Positions 1 to 8,949 of a DNA stretch of 22,822 nucleotides are shown here, piece by piece; positions within the stretch are counted from its first letter, which is position 1; the number at the start of each line of letters is the position of its first letter. Position numbers and translations under genes: made by a program. This stretch comes from an uncultured Gammaproteobacteria bacterium (GTDB taxonomy: Bacteria > Patescibacteriota > Patescibacteriia > UBA2591 > UBA6264). Where the stretch lies: NCBI GenBank assembly GCA_964617525.1, contig CAZTWG010000004.1:1-22822 (forward strand), in the 5' to 3' direction. The notes beneath the pieces were generated by a model. The model did not search any database. It saw only the letters and a program-made list of their open reading frames with translations, and was not told the origin of the DNA.

Positions 1-1
1 G

Positions 2-892
2 AAGATGCTGTTGATCTGAACTAAAGATAGAGTGATGTTTTTCAAAAAATCTTTGAAAAATAACACTCATTAGGTCTAAAATAGCTAAACCTAAAATTAA
101 AAAAGTTGTTGCGAACTTACTGCCAGAAATTATAGCTAAAACTCCTAAAAAAAATCCAGCTAAAAGGCTACCCCCTTCTCCTAGAAAAATTTTAGCTGGA
201 TGGAAGTTAAAAACTAAAAACCCCAAAAAGGCGCCAGCCAAAATTAAAGCCATAGCTGCTACATCTGGTTGATAAAATTGCGTAAACAAACAGAGAGCAG
301 CGATACTTAAAGCACCAATAACTGTAATCCCTGACACCAAACCATCTAAACCATCAAGCAATTTCGTGGAATACATTAACAACAACAGCCATAGAAAAGT
401 TAAAATATCTGACAAAGGAGTGAAATAGTAAGGAACTCCATTTAACCTGAGTATCTCAATTTTGATTGTGTCAAAATGCAGATAACCAGGACCAAAAGGA
501 TTATTTATAAACGTGATGCCTATCCCACTAATAATTATAGCCAAACATGCTAAAACAGGCCAAATAAATTGTTGAATAGGAGATAAATGATATTTATCAT
601 CTAAAAAACCACCAATCATTAGAAGTGAAGCGGCAACTATTATGCCAATTAGGTTCTTGTTTGAAGGAACTAATCCCGGTAATAAAGAAAAATATTTAGC
701 AACTAATAGAACAATAAAAAATGAAAGAAAGATAGCAACCCCGCCCATAAGTGGAATTGCCTTAGAATGAATTTTTCTTTTACTAGTTTCGGGTCTATCT
801 AATATATTAAATTTAATCGCTATCCATCGTATAAATGGAGTTAAAATCAATGACAGAGCAAAACTAGCAAGAAAAAAAATTAAAAAAATCAT
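2..892 (-). CDS. Glycosyltransferase family 4 (MraY/WecA-like polyprenyl-phosphate sugar-1-phosphate transferase), 3' end outside window
   Basis: Not in the ORF track because it runs off the window edge. I checked every codon from the ATG at 892-890 down to position 2 and found no in-frame stop. Translation MIFLIFFLASFALSLILTPFIRWIAIKFNILDRP...KLLDGLDGLVSG...RFFEKHHSIFSSDQQHL is multi-TM hydrophobic and carries the LDRP, DGxDGL and C-terminal D..HLHH-like motifs of this family. Confidence 0.8.
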   Translation of the reverse strand, partial: MIFLIFFLASFALSLILTPFIRWIAIKFNILDRPETSKRKIHSKAIPLMGGVAIFLSFFIVLLVAKYFSLLPGLVPSNKNLIGIIVAASLLMIGGFLDDKYHLSPIQQFIWPVLACLAIIISGIGITFINNPFGPGYLHFDTIKIEILRLNGVPYYFTPLSDILTFLWLLLLMYSTKLLDGLDGLVSGITVIGALSIAALCLFTQFYQPDVAAMALILAGAFLGFLVFNFHPAKIFLGEGGSLLAGFFLGVLAIISGSKFATTFLILGLAILDLMSVIFQRFFEKHHSIFSSDQQHL

Positions 893-987
893 AAACGAGA
901 ATTGTTAATTCGTCAAATCACGCCAAATTTAAAAAATCGCATTAAAATCCACGCAGAGACCAGATTTGCTGGGCACGGGAAATGGGG

Positions 988-1377
988 TCAGACCCCATTA
1001 TCCACATGGTCAATATAATCTTGTAAAATAATACTTGCGGCAATGGAGTGATTTTCTTTTCCTAAAGACAAATTATTTGCCATTTTACTTGTAAATCTCT
1101 CGTCAAAAATAACAATTGGAAAATCAAATTCTTTTTTGCATTGTTCAACAAACTTTTCTGTTTTCTTTGTTTGTTCGCTACTCCCACCAGATAAACTAAG
1201 GGGATATCCAATCACAATCTTTCTTATTTTTTCTTTTAAAACGATTTCTTGCAGATCCCTAAACAATAGAGCAATATCCTCTCCTTGTATTGTTTTGTAT
1301 GGAGTAGCTATTTTTATTTGCGGAGAAGCTATAGCTAGCCCAATATGCTTGGAACCGTAATCAATTGATAATAACAT
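988..1377 (-). CDS. ruvX: YqgF/RuvX-like putative Holliday junction resolvase / pre-16S rRNA nuclease
   Basis: 129 aa. N-terminus MLLSIDYGSKHIGLAIA matches the YqgF signature (G-x-D-x-G-x-x-x-I-G-x-A). Size is typical. TGA stop. Confidence 0.85.
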   Translation of the reverse strand: MLLSIDYGSKHIGLAIASPQIKIATPYKTIQGEDIALLFRDLQEIVLKEKIRKIVIGYPLSLSGGSSEQTKKTEKFVEQCKKEFDFPIVIFDERFTSKMANNLSLGKENHSIAASIILQDYIDHVDNGV

Positions 1378-1380
1378 ATT

Positions 1381-2154
1381 TTAATTAAATCTTGTCAAAA
1401 CTTCAGCGCCCCTTTTGGTAACTAAAATCATATGTTCAAAATGAGCAGATAAACTGTTATCTCTAGTAACGATTGTCCAGCCATCCCTGAGTACTTTGAC
1501 CCTGAAGTCTCCAGCATTAAACATTGGTTCAAAGCATAAAGTCATCCCCTTTTCTAGAACTATTCCAGTATTAGGGCGACCATAATTTAGAATTACAGGA
1601 GGTTCATGCAAGTCTTTTCCTATCCCATGGCCAGTTAAGTCTCGCACTACAGAAAAATTATTTTCTTCAGCACAGGATTGAATTGCTGAGGAAACATTGC
1701 CTAAACGAACTCCCTGTTTAATTGTTTGAATTGCTACATTAAGTCCTCTTTTTGTTATTTTAATCAATTCTTCTGCCTGAGATGAAATTTTACCTACAGG
1801 GACAGTTATCGCCATATCAGAAAAATAACCATTATATATTAAACCGCAGTCTAGCCCTATAATATCGCCTTCTTTTAATATCTTGTCTCTCGAAGGAATG
1901 CCATGGACAACCTCTTCGTTAACTGAAGTGCAAAGAGTCGCTGGATATCTATTTTTACCCTCTCCATAACCCTTAAATGCTGGCTTTGCTCCAGAACTTA
2001 TAATTAGTTTTTCTGCCAAATCGTCCAAACTTAAAGTAGATATCCCAGGACGCACGTAAGAAGCTACTTGCGATACTACTTTACTCAACAATTGTCCGGC
2101 CTGACGCATAATCTCAATCTCTTTGTCTGTTTTAATAATGACGCCCGTATTCAT
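1381..2154 (-). CDS. map: Methionine aminopeptidase type I
   Basis: 257 aa with LTGHGIGKDLHEPP, CFEPM and HFEHMILVT metal-ligand motifs. Canonical position after adk. Its ATG overlaps the adk TGA (ATGA at 2151-2154). Confidence 0.95.
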   Translation of the reverse strand: MNTGVIIKTDKEIEIMRQAGQLLSKVVSQVASYVRPGISTLSLDDLAEKLIISSGAKPAFKGYGEGKNRYPATLCTSVNEEVVHGIPSRDKILKEGDIIGLDCGLIYNGYFSDMAITVPVGKISSQAEELIKITKRGLNVAIQTIKQGVRLGNVSSAIQSCAEENNFSVVRDLTGHGIGKDLHEPPVILNYGRPNTGIVLEKGMTLCFEPMFNAGDFRVKVLRDGWTIVTRDNSLSAHFEHMILVTKRGAEVLTRFN

Positions 2155-2804
2155 AAAATTAATTTAATATTGTTAAAAACATTTTTTATTGATTGCTCTC
2201 CGTTAATCTTAATTAATTTTTCTTTTTGACGATAATATTCAGCCACAGGCAATGTTCTTTCTTTATACAATAATAATCTTTGTTTAATACCTTCTGGAGT
2301 ATCATCTTTGCGACGAATAATATCCCCTCCACATTTAGGACACTTTTGTAATTTATTTACATCATCTTTCTCAATAACAAAAATCTTGCCACATTTACTA
2401 CAAATATAACGTTTACTTAATCTATTAACTGTCTCTTCTTCTGAAATTTGGATAAAAAAAACATGAGTGATATATCTCCCATTTTCTTTTAAGATGTTTT
2501 CTAATGGTTTAATCTGAGCGATAGTTCTTGGGATACCGTCAAATACAATACCTTTATTTTTAGAAACTGCTTCCACCTTATCCTTAATAATTTCCGTAAT
2601 TATGGATAATGGAGCTAATTTGCCTGAATTAATAATTTGGGCAACTTTTCCCCCTAATTCTGTAGTTTGCTTTTTGATTTTACGCAAAGCATCCCCTACC
2701 TCTATATGCTCTAGCTCAAATTCGTCTGCTAAAAGTTTAGCTTGTGTTCCTTTGCCAGAACCTTGAGGCCCTAATAAAATAATATTTAAAAGTTTTTTAG
2801 CCAT
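2151..2804 (-). CDS. adk: Adenylate kinase (Zn-lid type)
   Basis: P-loop GPQGSGKGTQ. The lid has CSKCG...CPKCGG (Cys4). GGGAG Shine-Dalgarno sits 6 nt upstream of the ATG. Canonical position after secY. Confidence 0.95.
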   Translation of the reverse strand: MAKKLLNIILLGPQGSGKGTQAKLLADEFELEHIEVGDALRKIKKQTTELGGKVAQIINSGKLAPLSIITEIIKDKVEAVSKNKGIVFDGIPRTIAQIKPLENILKENGRYITHVFFIQISEEETVNRLSKRYICSKCGKIFVIEKDDVNKLQKCPKCGGDIIRRKDDTPEGIKQRLLLYKERTLPVAEYYRQKEKLIKINGEQSIKNVFNNIKLIL

Positions 2805-2846
2805 TTTCTACTCCCTAATATTATAAAATCCTATACAAAACAATCT

Positions 2847-4127
2847 TTATAGTCCTTCATATTCGTGCATAGAAATTTGGGCTTGGATTTGTTTCACAAC
2901 CTCTAAAACTACGCTAACAACAATTAAAATTGAAGCTCCTCCAATTGTAAAAGTAGAAATCCTAAAGACATTTTGAGTGATAATTGGCAAAATGGCTATT
3001 AAACCAAGAGAAAGCGCTCCCGCTAACATAATTCTGTTGCTAACCTTAGATAAAAATTGTGAGGTAGGAACTCCGGGTCTAATCCCAGGAATAAATCCTC
3101 CTTGTTTTTGCAATTGTTCAGCAATTTGTTTTGGATGAAAAATAATACTGGTATAGAAATATGTAAAAGCAACTACCAAGATAAAATATGACAAGCCGTA
3201 AAATAATTGATTCTGCATTAAACCAATCAAAAATTGACCAAGATTCAAAAGGAACGTAGAACTTGATCTTATCATAAACTGTCCGATTAAAGAAGGAAAT
3301 AAAACAATAGAAATAGCAAAAATAATAGGAATCATACCTGCTTGATTAACGCGCATTGGCAAATATGTATCAGTTCCTCCATACATACGATGCCCTCTAA
3401 TACGACGTGCGTATGTTACTGGAATATTTCTTTGACCCTCTGTTAACCAAACTACTCCCGCCACTGTAATTAATGCTAAAATTGCTAAAATCAGCCAATT
3501 AGTAATTTGAGAAACATCAAAAACAGCAATAGATTGTTGCAAAGAGGCGGGTAATCTTTCTACAATACCAGCAAAAATTAGAAGAGAAATACCATTGCCT
3601 ATTTTCTTTTCAGTAATCAATTCTCCCAACCACATTAAAAACATAGTTCCTGCTAACATTACAATCAAAATATTAGCAATATTGAAAAAAGAAAGATCTT
3701 CAAGAACGGTTTGCCCTGATTGCCTTAACAATATTAGCATTCCATAAGACTGAACAAGAGCTAATGGAACGGTTAAAAAACGAGAGTATTGATTTATTTT
3801 CTGCCTACCAGCTGAGCCCTCTTTACTTAATTCTTCTAATTTAGGAACTATCATAGTTAATAACTGCATAATAATGGAAGCAGTAATATATGGAGAAATA
3901 CCCATAGCCACAATAGAGAAATTAGACATAGCTCCTCCAGAAAGAATATTTAACATCCCCAACATTTCATTGCGAGCAAAAAAATCTTTCAAATTAGCTA
4001 GATTTACTCCCGGCAAAGGAATATGAGCGGCAATTCGAAAGATTATTAACATAGCGAGAACAAACAAAATTTTGTTTCTCAGGTCTTTAATCTGCCATAT
4101 TTGTCTAATTTTATTTAAGAGTCGCAT
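2847..4127 (-). CDS. secY: Preprotein translocase subunit SecY
   Basis: 426 aa polytopic membrane protein with a SecY-typical N-terminus (LRNKILFVLAMLIIFRIAAHIPLPGVN). Follows rplO. Confidence 0.97.
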   Translation of the reverse strand: MRLLNKIRQIWQIKDLRNKILFVLAMLIIFRIAAHIPLPGVNLANLKDFFARNEMLGMLNILSGGAMSNFSIVAMGISPYITASIIMQLLTMIVPKLEELSKEGSAGRQKINQYSRFLTVPLALVQSYGMLILLRQSGQTVLEDLSFFNIANILIVMLAGTMFLMWLGELITEKKIGNGISLLIFAGIVERLPASLQQSIAVFDVSQITNWLILAILALITVAGVVWLTEGQRNIPVTYARRIRGHRMYGGTDTYLPMRVNQAGMIPIIFAISIVLFPSLIGQFMIRSSSTFLLNLGQFLIGLMQNQLFYGLSYFILVVAFTYFYTSIIFHPKQIAEQLQKQGGFIPGIRPGVPTSQFLSKVSNRIMLAGALSLGLIAILPIITQNVFRISTFTIGGASILIVVSVVLEVVKQIQAQISMHEYEGL

Positions 4128-4136
4128 ACTTAAAAA

Positions 4137-4601
4137 TTAAAGTATTATTATCTTCCCCTTAGCTTTTTCGATTTCTTCTTTAGCTTTTGCCGAAAAGGCA
4201 TAAGCACTGATAGTTAATTCTTTATCTAAACCAGTTCTTTTGGATGAACTAGGAGAAGACAAGACCTTCACACCATTTTTATAGTTTCCCAACAAACCAA
4301 CCTTAACCATATCTTTGGGAGTAACTATATCACCATCTTTAAATTTACTTCCTATATCTTTCAAATTAACAATAGCCATCTTAGAGGATGAACTTTTTAG
4401 TTTAGAAAATTTAGGCAAAGACTTAATAGCCTTTTTTAGCCCCCTCAACTTAAGCCCTGATTTACCGCCAGACCTTGACCTCTGTCCCTTTTGCCCACGG
4501 CAAGAATATGTGCCATGACCAGAAGAATTCCCTCTACCTATTCGTTTTTTGGAAGCTCTAGACTTTGGTTTTGGAGAAATATTATTTAATGAAAGAGTCA
4601 T
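4137..4601 (-). CDS. rplO: 50S ribosomal protein L15
   Basis: 154 aa. Gly/Arg/Lys-rich N-terminus RIGRGNSSGHGTYSCRGQKGQRSRSGG. Its ATG overlaps the rpsE TGA (ATGA). Confidence 0.95.
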   Translation of the reverse strand: MTLSLNNISPKPKSRASKKRIGRGNSSGHGTYSCRGQKGQRSRSGGKSGLKLRGLKKAIKSLPKFSKLKSSSSKMAIVNLKDIGSKFKDGDIVTPKDMVKVGLLGNYKNGVKVLSSPSSSKRTGLDKELTISAYAFSAKAKEEIEKAKGKIIIL

Positions 4602-5101
4602 ATTTTTTCTTTTTTATCAGTAGTGGCTATTAATATATTCAAAGCCTTCATAGTAGCCTTTACATTATTAATCTTATTATTAGACCCTAAAATCTTAGTG
4701 GTCAAGTTTTTAAATCCAACTAAAGAAAGAACAATTCTTACAACCCCACCAGAAACTAGACCATGTCCTTTTTTAGCTGGCCTTAAAAGAACGTTAGCTG
4801 CTTTAAACTTAGCCCTGACTTCATGTGGAATTGTTCCTGTAGACACATCAATTTTCAATAAATTCTTCTTAGCTTGACGTACAGATTTTTCAACAGCAAT
4901 TGAAACATCAGTCCCCTTAGCTACACCAAAGCCAACCCTTCCTTTATAGTCTCCAATTACCATACAGGCACGGAATCGTAAACGTTTTCCACCTTTCACT
5001 ACTCTAGTTACCCTAGCTAAATCAACAAGTTTTTGCTCAAACTCTGGTTTAACTCTAGGACCTCTCATCCCACCTCTATTTGTTCTTTTTGGCTTAGGCA
5101 T
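4598..5101 (-). CDS. rpsE: 30S ribosomal protein S5
   Basis: 167 aa. VTRVVKGGKRLRFRACMVIGDYKGRVGFGVAKG is the S5 dsRBD/S5 core. Lies between rplR and rplO. Confidence 0.97.
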   Translation of the reverse strand: MPKPKRTNRGGMRGPRVKPEFEQKLVDLARVTRVVKGGKRLRFRACMVIGDYKGRVGFGVAKGTDVSIAVEKSVRQAKKNLLKIDVSTGTIPHEVRAKFKAANVLLRPAKKGHGLVSGGVVRIVLSLVGFKNLTTKILGSNNKINNVKATMKALNILIATTDKKEKI

Positions 5102-5119
5102 AAATAAAATTAAATTATT

Positions 5120-5452
5120 TTAAAATTGAAGACCTCCCTCTCTCGCGCCTTCTGCAACTGCTTTTACTTGACCATGATATTTATATCCACTACGATCAAA
5201 AAGTATGCTTTTAATATCCTGAGCTAAAGCTTTTTTGGCCATTTCCTGCCCGATTTTATAAGCATCTTTGACGTTAGATTTCCCAGAAAAAGAAGCCAAC
5301 GTCCTCCCCACCTCGTCGTCAATCAGCTGAGCATATAAATATTTATTACTTCTAAAAATACAAAGACGCGGACGACTTGGAGTCCCTTTTATTTTAGCGC
5401 GGATTCGGCGACAACGCGCTTTTCTAAGTATATTTTTTGGTTTAGTATTCAT
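5120..5452 (-). CDS. rplR: 50S ribosomal protein L18
   Basis: 110 aa. RPRLCIFRSNKYLYAQLIDD and C-terminal YHGQVKAVAEGAREGGLQF are L18 signatures. Confidence 0.97.
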   Translation of the reverse strand: MNTKPKNILRKARCRRIRAKIKGTPSRPRLCIFRSNKYLYAQLIDDEVGRTLASFSGKSNVKDAYKIGQEMAKKALAQDIKSILFDRSGYKYHGQVKAVAEGAREGGLQF

Positions 5453-5461
5453 ATATTATTT

Positions 5462-6010
5462 TTAACTTCCAGCGCCTACTGCCTTTTTGCCAGCTTTGCG
5501 CCTAATAACTTCATCAACATATTTAACTCCCTTCCCTTTGTATGGCTCTGGCTTTCTGAAACGTCTAATTGTAGCTGCAACATCTCCAACTTTCTGCTTA
5601 TCAATGCCGGTGATAATAATAAAACTTTTTTCTACTTTTATTTCTATACCCGAAGGAATAGGATATTCTATTAAATGAGAAAAACCTAAACGTAAAATTA
5701 GCTTATCGTCTTTTACTTCTCCTCTATATCCAATGCCAACCATTTCTAATTTTTTTTCAAATCCAGTTGTAACTCCCTCGATCATATTAAATATCAATCT
5801 ATTCATGGTTCCCCATAACGATTTTTGCCTCTTGTCTGTAATGTTCTTTACGCCTACAGTTAATTTAGAATCTTTGACTACAACTCGCAAAAAATCTGGC
5901 AAAGCTTGTTCAAGCTCACCCCTTTTTCCTTTGACGGAAATTTTTTTCTTCTCAATTTTTATTTCTACTGCTTCTGGAACAGAAATAATTTGTTTTCCGA
6001 TTCTACTCAT
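5462..6010 (-). CDS. rplF: 50S ribosomal protein L6
   Basis: 182 aa. MSRIGKQIISVP N-terminus and KPEPYKGKGVKY C-terminal motif. Confidence 0.97.
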   Translation of the reverse strand: MSRIGKQIISVPEAVEIKIEKKKISVKGKRGELEQALPDFLRVVVKDSKLTVGVKNITDKRQKSLWGTMNRLIFNMIEGVTTGFEKKLEMVGIGYRGEVKDDKLILRLGFSHLIEYPIPSGIEIKVEKSFIIITGIDKQKVGDVAATIRRFRKPEPYKGKGVKYVDEVIRRKAGKKAVGAGS

Positions 6011-6041
6011 AAGAATTTATTTAATATTTGAATATTTATTT

Positions 6042-6467
6042 CTACCAAATCTGACAAATAACCTCACCACCAGCGTTATGCTCTCTCGCCTCTTTGTCAG
6101 TCATCAAACCGCTGGAAGTAGATAGAATAGCCAAACCGCACCCTTCTAAAACCCTAGGAATACGATTTCCTTTTACATAAACTCTACATCCAGGCTTACT
6201 AACTCTCTTCAAAGAATTAATGACTGATTGCTCTTTAGCATTATATCTTAAAGTAATTTTTATTTGTTTAAAATTAGCTGCTTTGTTAGAAGTTTTCTTA
6301 TTTGCTTTATGCAAATCAATAATCTCCACCTTTTTTATTAAGTTTTCTTTTTCTAAAATTTTACCAATATTAAATTTGAGATTGGAATGCGGGAAAATTA
6401 TCGCTTGCTTTTTTACTAACAAAGCGTTTCTCATTCTAGTTAACATATCCGCAATTGGGTCAGTCAT
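6042..6467 (-). CDS. rpsH: 30S ribosomal protein S8
   Basis: 141 aa. MTDPIADMLTRMRNA N-terminus and GGEVICQIW C-terminus. Carries a modest Lys/Asn-rich internal insertion (DLHKANKKTSNKAANFKQ). Confidence 0.97.
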   Translation of the reverse strand: MTDPIADMLTRMRNALLVKKQAIIFPHSNLKFNIGKILEKENLIKKVEIIDLHKANKKTSNKAANFKQIKITLRYNAKEQSVINSLKRVSKPGCRVYVKGNRIPRVLEGCGLAILSTSSGLMTDKEAREHNAGGEVICQIW

Positions 6468-6507
6468 AATATGTTTGTTTAATGTCTTTAATTAACTTAA
6501 TTACTAA

Positions 6508-6513
6508 CCTCCT
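6508..6513 (-). promoter_or_regulatory. Orphan Shine-Dalgarno-like AGGAGG in the rpsN-rpsH spacer
   Basis: Perfect AGGAGG on the minus strand lies 40 nt upstream of the rpsH ATG (6467). An in-frame TAA between them excludes an N-terminally longer S8. Confidence 0.3.
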
Positions 6514-6546
6514 ATTAAATTAAACCTATTAAAAATACAAGAAATT

Positions 6547-6732
6547 TTACCAAGATGATTTTCTGATTCCTGGAATAGCCCCCTTGGTAGCCAATTCTCT
6601 AAAGCAAATACGACAAACGCCAAATTCTCTCATATATCCGTGCCTTCTCCCACAACGCCAACATCTTCTCACAATACGTGTGCTATATTTAACCTTTTTC
6701 TTTGATTTAGCTATTTGAGATTGTTTAGCCAT
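6547..6732 (-). CDS. rpsN: 30S ribosomal protein S14, short zinc-binding (type Z) form
   Basis: 61 aa. [20 protein letters not shown] gives CxxC...CxxC. Ends RKSSW. Confidence 0.96.
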   Translation of the reverse strand: MAKQSQIAKSKKKVKYSTRIVRRCWRCGRRHGYMREFGVCRICFRELATKGAIPGIRKSSW

Positions 6733-6749
6733 AAAAAATATATAAAATA

Positions 6750-7307
6750 TTAATTTTTATTTGATAATATAATAGGAAATCCCATTAATTTAAACAATTC
6801 TACCCCTTGCTCATGATTAGGAGCACTAGTGGTAATCACTATTTGAAGATTATGTAATCTTTCTGATTTTTCTGGAGAAATTTCTGGGAAAACTATCTGT
6901 TCCTTAATGCCAATTGATAAATTTCCACCTTGGTCAATACTCTTTTCTGGGATTCCTCTAAAATCTCTAATACGTGGCAAAGAAACATTAATTAGTTTTT
7001 CTAAAAAATCGTTCATAATGTGAGAACGTAAAACTGTACTTACGCCAACCACAAGACCTTCTCTAATTTTAAAACCTGCAATTGATTTTTTGGCTAAATT
7101 CTTAACTGGCCTCTGTCCAGTGATATCAGAAAGAGTGCCTTCTACAATTCCAATATACTTAGAATCTTTTTCAGATTTAGCCCTATTAATACCAACATTA
7201 ACAGTTACTTTAATTATCTTGGGAACAGCCAAAAGATTCTTGTAGCCAAATTTTTCTTTCATGGCGGGTACTATTTCTTTAATATATTTTTTCTTCAAAG
7301 AAGACAT
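6750..7307 (-). CDS. rplE: 50S ribosomal protein L5
   Basis: 185 aa. Conserved PRIRDFRGI and FPEI motifs. Canonical position. Confidence 0.97.
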   Translation of the reverse strand: MSSLKKKYIKEIVPAMKEKFGYKNLLAVPKIIKVTVNVGINRAKSEKDSKYIGIVEGTLSDITGQRPVKNLAKKSIAGFKIREGLVVGVSTVLRSHIMNDFLEKLINVSLPRIRDFRGIPEKSIDQGGNLSIGIKEQIVFPEISPEKSERLHNLQIVITTSAPNHEQGVELFKLMGFPIILSNKN

Positions 7308-7339
7308 AGTGGAAATATTAAAATATTAAATAAAACTTT

Positions 7340-7651
7340 CTATTTAAAAATGTCGTTACATTTTCTACAAAACCTTTCTTTGTGTCCATTAGTTAGCACC
7401 TTATAACCTACTCTAATCTTTCTTTTACAACGAGGACAAATCAACATAACATTAGAGACATCAAGTGGCATAGCCATCTTAACCCTTTGCCCCTTCTCTC
7501 CTTCTTTACGTGGACGGACATGTTTAATGGCTAAATTCAATCCTTCAACAACAATTTTATTAATTTTAGGCAGAGCTCTTAAAACTTTCCCTCTCTTTCC
7601 AGCATCTTTGCCTTGGATTATTTCGACAATGTCGTTTTTTTTAATTTTCAT
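7340..7651 (-). CDS. rplX: 50S ribosomal protein L24 (with C-terminal CxxC...CxxC ribbon)
   Basis: 103 aa. KKNDIVEIIQGKDAGKRGKV is the KOW motif. C-terminus CPRCKRKIRVGYKV...CRKCN resembles the Cys-containing L24 form known from Thermus. Confidence 0.95.
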   Translation of the reverse strand: MKIKKNDIVEIIQGKDAGKRGKVLRALPKINKIVVEGLNLAIKHVRPRKEGEKGQRVKMAMPLDVSNVMLICPRCKRKIRVGYKVLTNGHKERFCRKCNDIFK

Positions 7652-7653
7652 AT

Positions 7654-8025
7654 TTATAAAACCTCAGGAGCTAAAGATATAATTTTCATAAAACCTTTAT
7701 GTCGTAGTTCACGAGCGACTACACTAAAAATTCTAGTACCTTTTGGCTCTTTATTTTTAGGGTCTATAATAACGCCTGCATTATCATTAAATCTAATATA
7801 AGTTCCGTCTGGTCGACGAGTTTCTTTTTTAGTTCTAACAATTACTACCCTCACAATTTCGCCCTTTTTAACCATAGTATGAGGAGCTGCCTTTTTGATG
7901 GTAGCTACAACGACATCACCTAAACCAGCGTAACGTCTTTTATACCCCCTTAAAACAGTAATACACATTACTTCTTTGGCTCCAGTGTTATCTATAATTT
8001 TAAATCTTGTTTCTGACTGAATCAT
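7654..8025 (-). CDS. rplN: 50S ribosomal protein L14
   Basis: 123 aa. [22 protein letters not shown] and the C-terminal ...SLAPEVL are canonical L14. Confidence 0.98.
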   Translation of the reverse strand: MIQSETRFKIIDNTGAKEVMCITVLRGYKRRYAGLGDVVVATIKKAAPHTMVKKGEIVRVVIVRTKKETRRPDGTYIRFNDNAGVIIDPKNKEPKGTRIFSVVARELRHKGFMKIISLAPEVL

Positions 8026-8034
8026 ATAAATGCT

Positions 8035-8277
8035 TTATGCCTTTTTCTTTATACTTATTAACCTCCAGCGTTTATTTTTAGATAATGGCCTACATTCTTC
8101 AAAAATAACCTTATCTCCAATTTTAGCCTCTTCTTTGGAGTCATGAACTTTATATCTTTTGCTAGTTATATATCTTTTCTTATATAAAGGATGTATTTTC
8201 GCTCTATTTACTGCGACCACAATAGTTTTATTCATTTTGTCGCTTACTACTGTGCCTTGAAATTTTTTATTAGCCAT
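8035..8277 (-). CDS. rpsQ: 30S ribosomal protein S17
   Basis: 80 aa. GTVVSDKMNKTIVVAV...HPLYKKR...KVHD...GD.V.I.ECRPLSK is the S17 pattern. Confidence 0.96.
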   Translation of the reverse strand: MANKKFQGTVVSDKMNKTIVVAVNRAKIHPLYKKRYITSKRYKVHDSKEEAKIGDKVIFEECRPLSKNKRWRLISIKKKA

Positions 8278-8289
8278 ATATTAATTATT

Positions 8290-8472
8290 TTATTTTTCTT
8301 TAATAACAGTTAATATCTGAGCAATCAATTTTCTAATTTTTCGTATTTCTCTCACATTTTTGGATTGCTTCAGTTTAACATCGAAACGTAGTAACCTCAA
8401 TTTATCTTGTTCAGACCTATACATTTTCTGCAATTCTTGTTTTGTTTTTGTTTTGATTTCAGATATTTTCAT
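8290..8472 (-). CDS. rpmC: 50S ribosomal protein L29
   Basis: 60 aa helical protein (ELQKMYRSEQDKLRLLRFDVKLKQSKNVREIRKIRKLIAQI) between rplP and rpsQ. Confidence 0.92.
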   Translation of the reverse strand: MKISEIKTKTKQELQKMYRSEQDKLRLLRFDVKLKQSKNVREIRKIRKLIAQILTVIKEK

Positions 8473-8527
8473 ACTAAAATATTAAAATTTTAGAGCGAAA
8501 CAAATTAAATTTTATCAGACAAAGTCG

Positions 8528-8941
8528 CTATACTCTATATACAAATTTAGTTTTTACTGGTAATTTATGCGAAGCTAAACGAAAAGCCTCTTTCGCTTTG
8601 CCCTCTTCAACTCCAGCAATTTCAAAAAGTACAGTACCTGGCTTAATGACTGCGACATAATGATCAACCGCTCCCTTTCCACCTCCCATTGGCACCTCAG
8701 CTCCTTTGGCAGTTACTGGCTTATGAGGAAATATTCTAATCCACACTTTTCCACTCTTGCTTAAAGAATGAGTTATGGTGCGACGAGCTGATTCAATCTG
8801 TCGAGAAGTAATCCAAGAAAAATCTAATCCTTTCAACCCAAAATCTCCGAAATTAACCCTAGTGCCACGCGTAGCTATTCTTTTACCCCTAGCACGGCCC
8901 TTATGACTCTTGCGATGTTTTAATTTTTTGGGCATTAACAT
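8528..8941 (-). CDS. rplP: 50S ribosomal protein L16
   Basis: 137 aa. [14 protein letters not shown]... and [17 protein letters not shown]. The true start may be the ATG at 8935 (MPKK...). TAG stop. Confidence 0.97.
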   Translation of the reverse strand: MLMPKKLKHRKSHKGRARGKRIATRGTRVNFGDFGLKGLDFSWITSRQIESARRTITHSLSKSGKVWIRIFPHKPVTAKGAEVPMGGGKGAVDHYVAVIKPGTVLFEIAGVEEGKAKEAFRLASHKLPVKTKFVYRV

Positions 8942-8949
8942 ATATCGTT

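Noticed and set aside
887-915. TTGACG-17 nt-TATGAT promoter-like match at the start of the transferase gene
   Set aside because: The -10 hexamer contains the ATG start codon itself, so transcription would begin inside the essential first TM helix. There is no plausible downstream alternative start.
8473-8530. Hairpin tagagcga / tcgctata spanning the rplP stop in the 55-nt rplP-rpmC spacer
   Set aside because: It is an 8-bp stem with an internal mismatch and a 26-nt loop. It has no U-run and no similarity to the other spacer elements, so the support is insufficient.
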